From assembly GCA_964455285.1 (NCBI GenBank), contig CAYVVG010000008.1, positions 1,595 through 65,594 of the forward strand: a stretch of DNA of 64,000 nucleotides, in the 5' to 3' direction. The stretch comes from an uncultured Prolixibacteraceae bacterium. GTDB taxonomy: Bacteria; Bacteroidota; Bacteroidia; Bacteroidales; FEN-979. How positions within the stretch are numbered: the stretch's first letter is position 1; every line of letters begins with the position of its first letter. The notes below the pieces were generated by a model. The model searched no databases, was not told where the DNA came from, and saw only the letters and a list, made by a program, of their open reading frames with translations. Below, piece by piece: positions 1 to 7,542 of this stretch. Both the position numbers and the translations under genes were made by a program.

Positions 1-159
1 GGGTGCTTTCCTCAGGTCGAATCCTTTTTCTGCAGGCCGGAAGAGGGTGGCGAGTGTGTCGAAAGCAACGAGGCCGGAAACCCGGATCATAGCAACGGCG
101 CCGGTTCCCGGTGGCGTGGAGAGGGCGCAGATGGTATCGGTAAGATCGAAAAGGGCCAT
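1..159 (-). CDS. mnmE: tRNA modification GTPase MnmE, first 53 codons (gene continues past window start)
   Basis: Reverse-strand translation from the ATG at 159 reads MALFDLTDTICALSTPPGTGAVAMIRVSG..., the conserved MnmE/TrmE N-terminus. It is absent from the ORF track because there is no stop in the window. Confidence 0.75.
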   Translation of the reverse strand, partial: MALFDLTDTICALSTPPGTGAVAMIRVSGLVAFDTLATLFRPAEKGFDLRKAP

Positions 160-180
160 GGCTGGGAGCTTGGTTTTACG

Positions 181-188
181 CAAAGGTA
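181..188 (-). promoter_or_regulatory. -7 promoter box TACCTTTG (TAnnTTTG) for mnmE
   Basis: Exact match to the Bacteroidota primary-sigma -7 consensus, 21 nt upstream of the mnmE ATG. Confidence 0.45.
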
Positions 189-274
189 AGGACTTTTTCC
201 CCCTTCCTGTTTGGGGAGGGGTGGGGTGCTGATGCGTTTATAGACCCGGGACTTGGTATTTATATAAAAGAAAC

Positions 275-282
275 TAACTTTG
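275..282 (+). promoter_or_regulatory. -7 promoter box TAACTTTG for sucD
   Basis: Exact TAnnTTTG match in an AT-rich divergent intergenic region, 78 nt upstream of the sucD ATG. Confidence 0.45.
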
Positions 283-320
283 ACAACGAATAAATAATCA
301 CATCACAATACGGAACCAGA

Positions 321-360
321 TCGTACATCGTACATCGTACATCGTAAATCGTAAATCGTA
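321..360 (+). repeat. heptanucleotide tandem array: TCGTACA x3, TCGTAAA x2, TCGTA(ATG)
   Basis: Read directly. The array abuts the sucD start codon at 361. Confidence 0.9.
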
Positions 361-1242
361 ATGAGCATACTTGTCAACCAGGATTCCATCGTTATCGTAC
401 AGGGTTTCACGGGCCATGAAGGGTCGTTCCATGCAGGTCAGATGATCGACTACGGAACGAACATTGCCGGAGGGGTGACCCCGGGCAAAGGAGGAATGAC
501 CCATCTGGGAAGGCCTGTTTTCAACACCGTGTCGGAAGCGGTTAAGGCGACCGGGGCGAATGTATCCGTGATCTTCGTGCCGCCCCCGCTCGCAGCCGAT
601 GCCATACTGGAAGCAGCCGATGCCGGTATTGCGCTGATCGTATGCATTACCGAAGGGATCCCGGTGAAAGACATGATCTCGGTGAAAGAGTACCTGCGTT
701 GTCACGGTGTGCGCATGATCGGCCCCAACTGCCCGGGCATCATCACTCCGCCCCATACCAAGATCGGCATCATGCCGGGTTTCATCCATCGCCCCGGAAC
801 GATCGGGATCGTTTCACGTTCAGGGACCTTGTCGTACGAGGCTGTCGATCAGATCAGCAAGGCCGGATTGGGGCAATCGACCATGATCGGGGTGGGAGGA
901 GACCCGATTCCCGGGACTACCATCGCCGATGCTGTCAAACTCTTTATGGAAGATCCCGATACCGAAGGGATCATCCTGATCGGAGAGATCGGTGGGAACA
1001 TGGAGACCGATGCGGCCTACTGGATCCAGCAGCATGGCACCAAACCCGTGGTCAGCTTCATCGCGGGCGCGACTGCCCCCAAAGGGCGTACCATGGGCCA
1101 TGCAGGCGCCATCGTGGGAGGAAAATCCGATACTGCCGAAGCAAAAAAGGAGATCCTGCAGCAGTGCGGCATCCGGGTGGTCGATTCCCCCGCTGACCTG
1201 GGAAAAGCGATGGTGGAACAGCTGGCAAAACGGAATTCGTAG
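361..1242 (+). CDS. sucD: succinate--CoA ligase (ADP-forming) subunit alpha
   Basis: 293 aa. [24 protein letters not shown]...GGVTPGKGG...IGPNCPGII...MGHAGAI are typical SucD motifs. The gene is monocistronic, with no adjacent sucC. Confidence 0.93.
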   Translation: MSILVNQDSIVIVQGFTGHEGSFHAGQMIDYGTNIAGGVTPGKGGMTHLGRPVFNTVSEAVKATGANVSVIFVPPPLAADAILEAADAGIALIVCITEGIPVKDMISVKEYLRCHGVRMIGPNCPGIITPPHTKIGIMPGFIHRPGTIGIVSRSGTLSYEAVDQISKAGLGQSTMIGVGGDPIPGTTIADAVKLFMEDPDTEGIILIGEIGGNMETDAAYWIQQHGTKPVVSFIAGATAPKGRTMGHAGAIVGGKSDTAEAKKEILQQCGIRVVDSPADLGKAMVEQLAKRNS

Positions 1243-1285
1243 AGGCGCAATACATTGCGCCTCTGCGAATCAACGGAATTCGTAG
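1229..1285 (+). repeat. 14-bp direct repeats AACGGAATTCGTAG (1229-1242 and 1272-1285) flanking the 1241-1264 palindrome
   Basis: Read directly. Copy 1 encodes the sucD C-terminus plus its stop codon. Copy 2, on the opposite strand, encodes the lipoprotein C-terminus (YEFR). Confidence 0.85.
1241..1264. terminator. perfect 11-bp-arm palindrome between convergent sucD and the lipoprotein gene (bidirectional hairpin; member of the 18-nt REP-like family)
   Basis: AGAGGCGCAAT-AC-ATTGCGCCTCT. The left arm overlaps the sucD stop codon. There is no clear U-tract, so terminator function is only inferred from its position. Confidence 0.5.
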
Positions 1286-2673
1286 GCCCCTAATGCGGGC
1301 GGGTTTCCGCGCTGGTTCCCGTTGATATCGAATGGAATGCCCAGATCTTTGCCGGCTCCGATGGCAGGGGAGAGGGTGTCGATTTCATAATTGAGGACAG
1401 TGGGATCGACAAAGAGGGGATCCTTGTTGACCAGGCAACTGATATACCGCTGGCTGTTATTGGCGGAGAGCCGGGTCTTCAGAATGGCATGGTCGAAAAG
1501 GTATTCGAAAGAGGTTCCGGCCACTGAGTCGAGCCCGATCTCGTCGTCGTTGATGCCATAAACAATGACATTGCTGAAATCGGCACGGACCAGCGGATGG
1601 GTGATCCGGTTCCCCAGGGTGTCGTACCCGTAATTGCTCAGTGTCACAGAGGGCCCGGTGCGTACCGAGGCCGACCAGTAATTGCCCACGGTGAGGTGCT
1701 GGAAGTCGTAATCGCCCCCGTAACTGAGGTCGAGGCAACGCTGCCCGCAGTCGGCGATCACGCAGTTGACCGACTGAAGCGAAGACCCCCAGGCGTAAAT
1801 ACCATAACCCGCCATGTTCCGGATGATCGTATTGCTGATCCTGAGCATGGGAGCGCCGGATGATCCGGCCGAATCAAGGGCCAGGCCGAAATAGCCGTTC
1901 CGGATGATGGCATAGTCAACCTGATGGTTGCGGCTGCCCTTTTCCAGGTAGATCCCGCCCCATTGCCCCGGCAGGTCCTTGTAATAGGGATCGAGCCGGT
2001 CGCCCTGGAAGCGGACGGGATGCCCGTGATTCCCCGTGACAGTCAGGGTGGCGCCGTGGGAAACATACAACGATGCGTCTTTATGAAAACAAACCCTCGT
2101 TCCGGGCATGATGGTCAGGGTGGCGTTGGTGTCGATCCGGAGCGATCCATAGATCACATGCGCCCGCAAGCTGTCCCAGGTCACATCTCCTTCCAGGTTG
2201 CCGTCGCGGTAAAAAAAAGCATCACGCCCCCACGCGACCAGCCTGACCTGCTGCAGGGTGCCGTTGGTCATAAAACGGATCGAATCGGTGACCACGAACG
2301 GCGTGCTGAGATTCTGCGGATCGACGGTGACCCGCACGAAGATGAAAAGGCTGTCGTGGCCTGCGATCTCAAGGTTGGTAACCGACAGGGCAGGGATGCC
2401 GTTGATGTTGAGACGATAATTTGATGCCTCACCCCCGGCCAGCCGGATGTCGGACACCACCACCTTGCCGTCGTGCGGATTATACACCACGAGGCGCCGG
2501 GTAACCGACCCCACGCTGGGGAAGACCGTATCGAAAAATACTGTGTCGTCGGAAAAGGCCAGCCCGAGTCCGGGGGTGCTGTCGATCTTGTCGCGCATTC
2601 GGCAGGAGGGGAATAGGGCTGCCGAAAGCAGGAATAACAGCATTATGGATAGAAGAGGCCAGGAGTTTCGCAT
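1270..2673 (-). CDS. lipoprotein with right-handed parallel beta-helix repeats (function unknown)
   Basis: Signal peptide plus lipobox (MRNSWPLLSIMLLFLLSAALFPSC). Repetitive G/N/I-rich segments look beta-helix-like. I moved the start to the ATG at 2673 because the ORF-track TTG at 2697 lies inside the -7 box. Confidence 0.55.
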   Translation of the reverse strand: MRNSWPLLSIMLLFLLSAALFPSCRMRDKIDSTPGLGLAFSDDTVFFDTVFPSVGSVTRRLVVYNPHDGKVVVSDIRLAGGEASNYRLNINGIPALSVTNLEIAGHDSLFIFVRVTVDPQNLSTPFVVTDSIRFMTNGTLQQVRLVAWGRDAFFYRDGNLEGDVTWDSLRAHVIYGSLRIDTNATLTIMPGTRVCFHKDASLYVSHGATLTVTGNHGHPVRFQGDRLDPYYKDLPGQWGGIYLEKGSRNHQVDYAIIRNGYFGLALDSAGSSGAPMLRISNTIIRNMAGYGIYAWGSSLQSVNCVIADCGQRCLDLSYGGDYDFQHLTVGNYWSASVRTGPSVTLSNYGYDTLGNRITHPLVRADFSNVIVYGINDDEIGLDSVAGTSFEYLFDHAILKTRLSANNSQRYISCLVNKDPLFVDPTVLNYEIDTLSPAIGAGKDLGIPFDINGNQRGNPPALGAYEFR

Positions 2674-2694
2674 ATCGGAAGGGAATCGGGTTGG

Positions 2695-2702
2695 CAAAAT
2701 TA
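2695..2702 (-). promoter_or_regulatory. -7 promoter box TAATTTTG for the beta-helix lipoprotein gene
   Basis: Exact motif on the minus strand, 21 nt upstream of ATG 2673. Confidence 0.45.
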
Positions 2703-2751
2703 CGGATTTCTTAAGTTACCAACAGATAAACGATAAAAGCATGGAAAATTG

Positions 2752-2759
2752 TACCTTTG
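2752..2759 (+). promoter_or_regulatory. -7 promoter box TACCTTTG for the glycogen locus (debranching enzyme first)
   Basis: Exact motif 52 nt upstream of ATG 2812. Confidence 0.5.
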
Positions 2760-2811
2760 CAACTCGTTTTTAAGACCTGATACAGACCAAACACCAGGAA
2801 ATTAAAAAACA

Positions 2812-4758
2812 ATGAGTTATATCAACTTTGACAAGACCCAGCTGGTGAACCTGGAATATTCGCTGAAGCGTGAACTGCTGCGTTCGAACCGGGCCGGATC
2901 CTATGCAAATTCGACCATCGTGAATTGCAACACGCGAAGGTACCACGGTATGCTTGTCACCCCGCAACCGGGGATCGACAACGAAAACCATGTGCTGCTT
3001 TCGTCGCTCGACGAAACGATCATCCAGATGGAATCGGAATTCAACCTGGGGCTGCACAAGTACCCCGGCGGTGTATACAATCCCAAAGGACACAAGTATC
3101 TGCGCGATTTTACCACGGAGCCTTATCCGAAAATGACCTACCGCGTCGGAGGAGTGATCCTCACCAAAGAGATGGTGTTCACCACGCGCGAGGACCGGAT
3201 GATCATCAAATACACCCTCGAAGACGCACATTCCCCCACACGGTTGCGCCTGAAGCCTTTCCTGGCTTTCCGCAATATCCATGCCCTGAGCAGGGAAAAT
3301 ATCTTTGCCGATAAAAAATATGAACCGGTTCCCGGCGGTATCCGTGTCCGAATGTACCAGGGATATACCGACCTTTTCATGCAACTGTCGAAAGAAACGG
3401 AATATACGCACGTTCCCGACTGGTACTATAAAATTGAATACCAGGAAGAGATGGAGCGCGGCTATGACTTCCAGGAGGATCTTTACATACCCGGTTTCTT
3501 TGAAATGGAGATTGCCAAAGGGGAGAGCTTGTATTTTTCGGCGGGTACGAAACAGATCGCCCCGGCTCAGATGAAAAGGACATTTAACGCTGAACTGGAA
3601 AAACGAATTCCCAAGAACAATTTCGAGAATTGCCTCACTAATGCGGCCCAGCAGTTCATCGTCAGGAAAGACAAGGCTACCGAAGTGATCGCCGGATTTC
3701 CCTGGTTCGGACGGATGGGAAGGAGCACGTTTGTCTCGCTCCCCGGACTGACCCTGGTAACCGGCGAACATGCCACCTGTAAAGCGGTGGTCGACACCCT
3801 GGTTTCCGAGATGAAAGGCCCCCTGTTCCCGCTCACGGGCAGCGGCAGCACGGCGACCTACAATGCCTCCGACACCTCCCTGTGGTTCTTCTGGACCCTG
3901 CAACAATATGCCGAGTTCACCGGTACTATCAAGACTATCTGGAAAACCTACGGAAAAAAGATGAAGCTGATCCTCGAAGCATACCGCGATGGGACCGATT
4001 TCAATATCCGCATGGAGGAGGATGGCCTGATATCGGCCGGTGTGCATGGAATGGCTCTGACCTGGATGAATGCCATGTCGAACGGCAAGCCGGTCACCCC
4101 GAGAATGGGGAAAGCCGTCGAGATCAATGCCTTGTGGTATAACGCTTTGTGTTTCAGTCTGGAGGCTGCCCTTGCGGCCGGCGATAAAGCATTCTGCCGG
4201 GAATGGGAAGGACTTGCAGCCCGGATCCCGGATTCCTTCCGGGAAGCCTTCTGGAGCCCGGAAAAAAGGTACCTTGCCGACTTTGTCGATGGCGCCTATA
4301 AGGACTGGGCAGTCAGGCCCAACATGGTCATTGCCACCTCACTTCCTTACAGTCCCGTGCCGGAAGAGATCCGCAAAGAGGTGCTGAGCCGGGTCCGCCA
4401 GGAACTGCTGACCCCCCGCGGACTGCGAACGCTGACTCCGAAAAGCCCGGTGTTCAAGGGTACCTACGCAGGAAACCAGAATGAACGCGAAGCCGCCTAC
4501 CACCAGGGCTCCGTGTCGCCCTGGATGCTCGGCCATTTTGTCGAAGGGTACCTCCGGATACACGGTAAAAGCGGACTTTCGCTGATCCGATCGATCTACG
4601 CGGGCTTCGAACCCGTGATGACCGAGCACGGGATCGGGACCATCTCCGAACTGTATGACGGAGATCCGCCGCATGCCGGGAAAGGAGCCATTTCGCAGGC
4701 CTCCTCGGTGGCGGAGTTGTTGAGGATAGGGTATCTGATCAGGAAGTACAGTGCGTAG
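2812..4758 (+). CDS. glycogen debranching enzyme, amylo-alpha-1,6-glucosidase family (archaeal-type GDE)
   Basis: 648 aa. The N-terminal RRYHGMLV motif and C-terminal (alpha/alpha)6-like region (WMNAM..., AYHQGSVSPWMLGHF) are typical of the GDE_N/GDE_C families. Confidence 0.82.
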   Translation: MSYINFDKTQLVNLEYSLKRELLRSNRAGSYANSTIVNCNTRRYHGMLVTPQPGIDNENHVLLSSLDETIIQMESEFNLGLHKYPGGVYNPKGHKYLRDFTTEPYPKMTYRVGGVILTKEMVFTTREDRMIIKYTLEDAHSPTRLRLKPFLAFRNIHALSRENIFADKKYEPVPGGIRVRMYQGYTDLFMQLSKETEYTHVPDWYYKIEYQEEMERGYDFQEDLYIPGFFEMEIAKGESLYFSAGTKQIAPAQMKRTFNAELEKRIPKNNFENCLTNAAQQFIVRKDKATEVIAGFPWFGRMGRSTFVSLPGLTLVTGEHATCKAVVDTLVSEMKGPLFPLTGSGSTATYNASDTSLWFFWTLQQYAEFTGTIKTIWKTYGKKMKLILEAYRDGTDFNIRMEEDGLISAGVHGMALTWMNAMSNGKPVTPRMGKAVEINALWYNALCFSLEAALAAGDKAFCREWEGLAARIPDSFREAFWSPEKRYLADFVDGAYKDWAVRPNMVIATSLPYSPVPEEIRKEVLSRVRQELLTPRGLRTLTPKSPVFKGTYAGNQNEREAAYHQGSVSPWMLGHFVEGYLRIHGKSGLSLIRSIYAGFEPVMTEHGIGTISELYDGDPPHAGKGAISQASSVAELLRIGYLIRKYSA

Positions 4759-4759
4759 C

Positions 4760-4777
4760 GGCGCATGGCAATGCGCC
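4760..4777. repeat. 18-nt REP-like palindrome GGCGCATGGCAATGCGCC
   Basis: 7-bp arms with a 4-nt loop, 2 nt after the debranching-enzyme stop codon. Confidence 0.85.
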
Positions 4778-4805
4778 TGTACCTATGAGTGGTGATTAAC
4801 GTAAC

Positions 4806-4823
4806 GGCGTATTGCAATGCGCC
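4806..4823. repeat. 18-nt REP-like palindrome GGCGTATTGCAATGCGCC
   Basis: 7-bp arms (one G-U pair in RNA) with a 4-nt loop. This is the second copy, 46 nt after the first. Confidence 0.85.
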
Positions 4824-4840
4824 TGTAATGAGTGATACAA

Positions 4841-4859
4841 TCGTAAATCGTAAATCGAA
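4841..4859 (+). repeat. heptanucleotide tandem array: TCGTAAA x2, TCGAA(ATG)
   Basis: Read directly. The array abuts the GT4 gene start codon at 4860. The last 21 nt are nearly identical to the sucD leader end. Confidence 0.9.
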
Positions 4860-6146
4860 ATGCGTGTACTGATGTTCGGGTGGGAATTTCCGCCACATAT
4901 TACCGGGGGGTTGGGCACAGCCTGTTTCGGTTTGACGAAGGGGCTGGTCAAGGCGGGCGTCGACGTCATCTTTGTTGTGCCCAAAGCATACGGAGATGAG
5001 AGTCAGGAGGGATTCCGGCTGGTCAATGCCAGCCAGGTCACCGTCGATTTCCGGAACGTGGATAAAGTGAAATACCTCGAACGGATCCAGTTCATGGAGA
5101 TCGATTCGAACCTGGTGCCATACCTCGACCCGGAGGAGTTTGAGAGGATGGTTTCGGAGGAGAAAGAAAAAGAGAAGCCCGGAAAGCAGACGATTTTCTC
5201 GCGGAATTATACCTTTTCGGGGAAATACGGGCCTAATCTTATGGAAGAGGTCTCACGCTATGCGCTGGTCGCCTCCTCTATCGCCGGAACCCATGATTTT
5301 GATGTCATCCACGCCCACGACTGGCTTACCTATCCGGCCGGGATCGCCGCGAAGAAGATGTCGGGAAAACCACTGGTGGTGCATGTGCATGCCACCGAGT
5401 TCGACCGGTCGGGAGAACATGTGAACCAACCGGTATATGATATCGAACGCCAGGGGATGACGGAGGCCGACCTGGTAATAACAGTCAGCAATCTCACCCG
5501 CCACATCGTCATCGACCGGTACGGCATCCCTCCTGAAAAGGTGATCACCGTCCATAATGCCGTGGAACCGGTTGACCGTTCCGACCTGGGAGAGGTAAAA
5601 AAGAACGTGAAGGAGAAGATCGTGACCTTCCTGGGCAGGATTACCTACCAGAAGGGACCCGATTATTTTGTCGAAGCCGCCTACAAAGTGCTGCAGCGCG
5701 ATTCGAACGTACGTTTCGTGATGGCCGGATCGGGCGACCTCCTCAACCGCATGGTCAAAAGGGTGGCACAGCTGAAGATCGCTACCAAGTTCCATTTTAC
5801 AGGCTTCCTGGCAGGCCAGGAGGTCGACACCATGTTCGCGATGAGCGACGTATATGTCATGCCTTCGGTGTCGGAGCCTTTCGGGATCTCGCCGCTGGAA
5901 GCCATGCGCTCAAACGTTCCCGTGGTGATCTCGAAGCAATCGGGGGTGGCTGAAGTGCTGAAACATGCGCTGAAGGTCGATTTCTGGGATGTCGATGCGC
6001 TTGCCGATGCCATTTACGGCATCCTTCATTACGAAGGACTGAGCAAGATGTTTATCCGCTACGGCAAGGAAGAGGTGGATAACCTGATCTGGGAAAATGC
6101 CGCCGTCAATATACTCGATGTTTATAAACAAGCTGTAATAAGTTGA
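4860..6146 (+). CDS. GT4-family glycosyltransferase (glycogen-cluster retaining glucosyltransferase / putative glycogen synthase)
   Basis: 428 aa. FGWEFPPHITGGLGTACFGLTKGL at the N-terminus and the C-terminal EPFGISPLEAM motif (E-x7-E region) indicate a GT-B group 1 fold. Confidence 0.78.
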   Translation: MRVLMFGWEFPPHITGGLGTACFGLTKGLVKAGVDVIFVVPKAYGDESQEGFRLVNASQVTVDFRNVDKVKYLERIQFMEIDSNLVPYLDPEEFERMVSEEKEKEKPGKQTIFSRNYTFSGKYGPNLMEEVSRYALVASSIAGTHDFDVIHAHDWLTYPAGIAAKKMSGKPLVVHVHATEFDRSGEHVNQPVYDIERQGMTEADLVITVSNLTRHIVIDRYGIPPEKVITVHNAVEPVDRSDLGEVKKNVKEKIVTFLGRITYQKGPDYFVEAAYKVLQRDSNVRFVMAGSGDLLNRMVKRVAQLKIATKFHFTGFLAGQEVDTMFAMSDVYVMPSVSEPFGISPLEAMRSNVPVVISKQSGVAEVLKHALKVDFWDVDALADAIYGILHYEGLSKMFIRYGKEEVDNLIWENAAVNILDVYKQAVIS

Positions 6147-6150
6147 TCGT

Positions 6151-7530
6151 ATGAGGTCCATTTGTTTGTATTTTCAGGTTCACCAGCCTTACCGCCTGAG
6201 GACATACCGGTTTTTTAACATCGGTGATGACCATCACTACTACGATGATTATCAGAACAGGCACATCATCAAGCGCGTTGCTGAAAAATCCTACCTGCCG
6301 GCCAATCAACTGATGCTGGAACTGATCAAAGAGTATGGCAATGCTTTCCGGATCGCCTTTTCCATTTCGGGAACGGCACTCGATCAACTGGAAGCCCATG
6401 CCCCTGAGGTCATCCGCAGTTTCCGGCAACTGGCCGAAACAGGGCAGGTGGAGTTCCTGGCCGAAACCTATGCGCATTCACTGGCCTCGCTCACCAACAA
6501 GGAGGAGTTCATTGCCCAGGTCGGGCTTCATGCCGCACGCGTAGAGGAGCTTTTCGGGATACGGCCGGTGACCTTTCGCAATACCGAACTGATCTACTCC
6601 GACACAATTGGGGAAACGGTTGCCGATATGGGCTTCCATACCATGCTCACCGAAGGAGCAAAACATGTGCTCGGGTGGAAAAGCCCCAATTACATGTATT
6701 GCAACAATATCAACCCTAAACTGAAAGTATTGCTCCGGAATTTCCGCCTGAGCGATGACCTGTCGTTCCGGTTCTCCAACCAGGACTGGTCCGAATGGCC
6801 GCTCACCACCGATAAGTTTACCGGGTGGCTGAACCGGATCGATCCGAAAGAGGAGGTGGTAAACCTGTTTCTCGATTATGAAACCCTCGGTGAACACCAA
6901 TGGAAAGAGACCGGCATCTTCGACTTTTTCCGCCACCTGCCGGCCGCAGTTTTTTCGAAAACAGCCTTTACGTTCAACACTCCCGACCAGTTGTACCATG
7001 TCCTGCAGCCGGTATCGGCCATTTCGGTGCCGTATCCGATCTCGTGGGCCGACGAGGAACGCGATCTCACCGCCTGGCTCGGAAACGAGCTCCAGGACGA
7101 GGCTTTCGGCAAACTCTATTCCTGCGCACCGAAAATCAGGCAGTGCAGGGATGAGAACATCCTGAGGGACTGGCGGTATCTCCAGGCCAGCAGCCATTTT
7201 TATTACATGTGCACGAAATGGTTTTCGGCCGGAGAGGTGCATCGTTACTTCAATCCATACGGTTCCCCATACGAAGCTTTTATCAATTACATGAATGTTC
7301 TCTCCGACTTCATGATCCGTTTGGACGATTCCCTGGCTGGAACTCTTGCATCAAAGCCGGAACTGAAGCCTCCCGCAGCGAAAAAAAGGGTTGCGGCAAA
7401 AAAGGAGGCGACTGCCAAAGCAGTGAAGAAGGCAACCCGGGCCAAAACGCCAAAGAAAGCCTCGGCGGTGAAGACGGCGAAAAAGCCGGCCGCGACAAAG
7501 TCAGGAAACGCCCGGAAAAAAGTTAAATAA
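6151..7530 (+). CDS. glycoside hydrolase family 57 protein (alpha-amylase / branching-enzyme family) with a Lys/Ala-rich C-terminal tail
   Basis: 459 aa. The N-terminus MRSICLYFQVHQPYRLRTYRFF is the typical GH57 start. The last 58 aa are a KA-rich low-complexity region. Confidence 0.82.
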   Translation: MRSICLYFQVHQPYRLRTYRFFNIGDDHHYYDDYQNRHIIKRVAEKSYLPANQLMLELIKEYGNAFRIAFSISGTALDQLEAHAPEVIRSFRQLAETGQVEFLAETYAHSLASLTNKEEFIAQVGLHAARVEELFGIRPVTFRNTELIYSDTIGETVADMGFHTMLTEGAKHVLGWKSPNYMYCNNINPKLKVLLRNFRLSDDLSFRFSNQDWSEWPLTTDKFTGWLNRIDPKEEVVNLFLDYETLGEHQWKETGIFDFFRHLPAAVFSKTAFTFNTPDQLYHVLQPVSAISVPYPISWADEERDLTAWLGNELQDEAFGKLYSCAPKIRQCRDENILRDWRYLQASSHFYYMCTKWFSAGEVHRYFNPYGSPYEAFINYMNVLSDFMIRLDDSLAGTLASKPELKPPAAKKRVAAKKEATAKAVKKATRAKTPKKASAVKTAKKPAATKSGNARKKVK

Positions 7531-7542
7531 GACCCATCACCT

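Larger units (their letters stand above)
4760..4840 (+). repeat. about 46-nt module duplicated in tandem (palindrome + TGTA + ATGAGTG + GAT.. + CGTAA)
   Basis: GCAATGCGCCTGTA occurs at 4768-4781 and 4814-4827. ATGAGTG(GT)GAT and a CGTAA-containing tail follow in both units. Confidence 0.75.

Noticed and set aside
15-24. GGTCGAATCC resembling a tRNA T-arm
   Set aside because: It lies inside the mnmE coding frame on the opposite strand, and I could not build any acceptor or anticodon stems around it.
199-227. C-run / G-run hairpin and GGGGAGGGGTGGGG tract as a possible G-quadruplex in the mnmE-sucD divergent region
   Set aside because: Only three G4 runs are present, so there is no canonical four-run quadruplex. 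The imperfect C-rich/G-rich hairpin has no obvious positional logic between the two -7 boxes. I note it but cannot support it.
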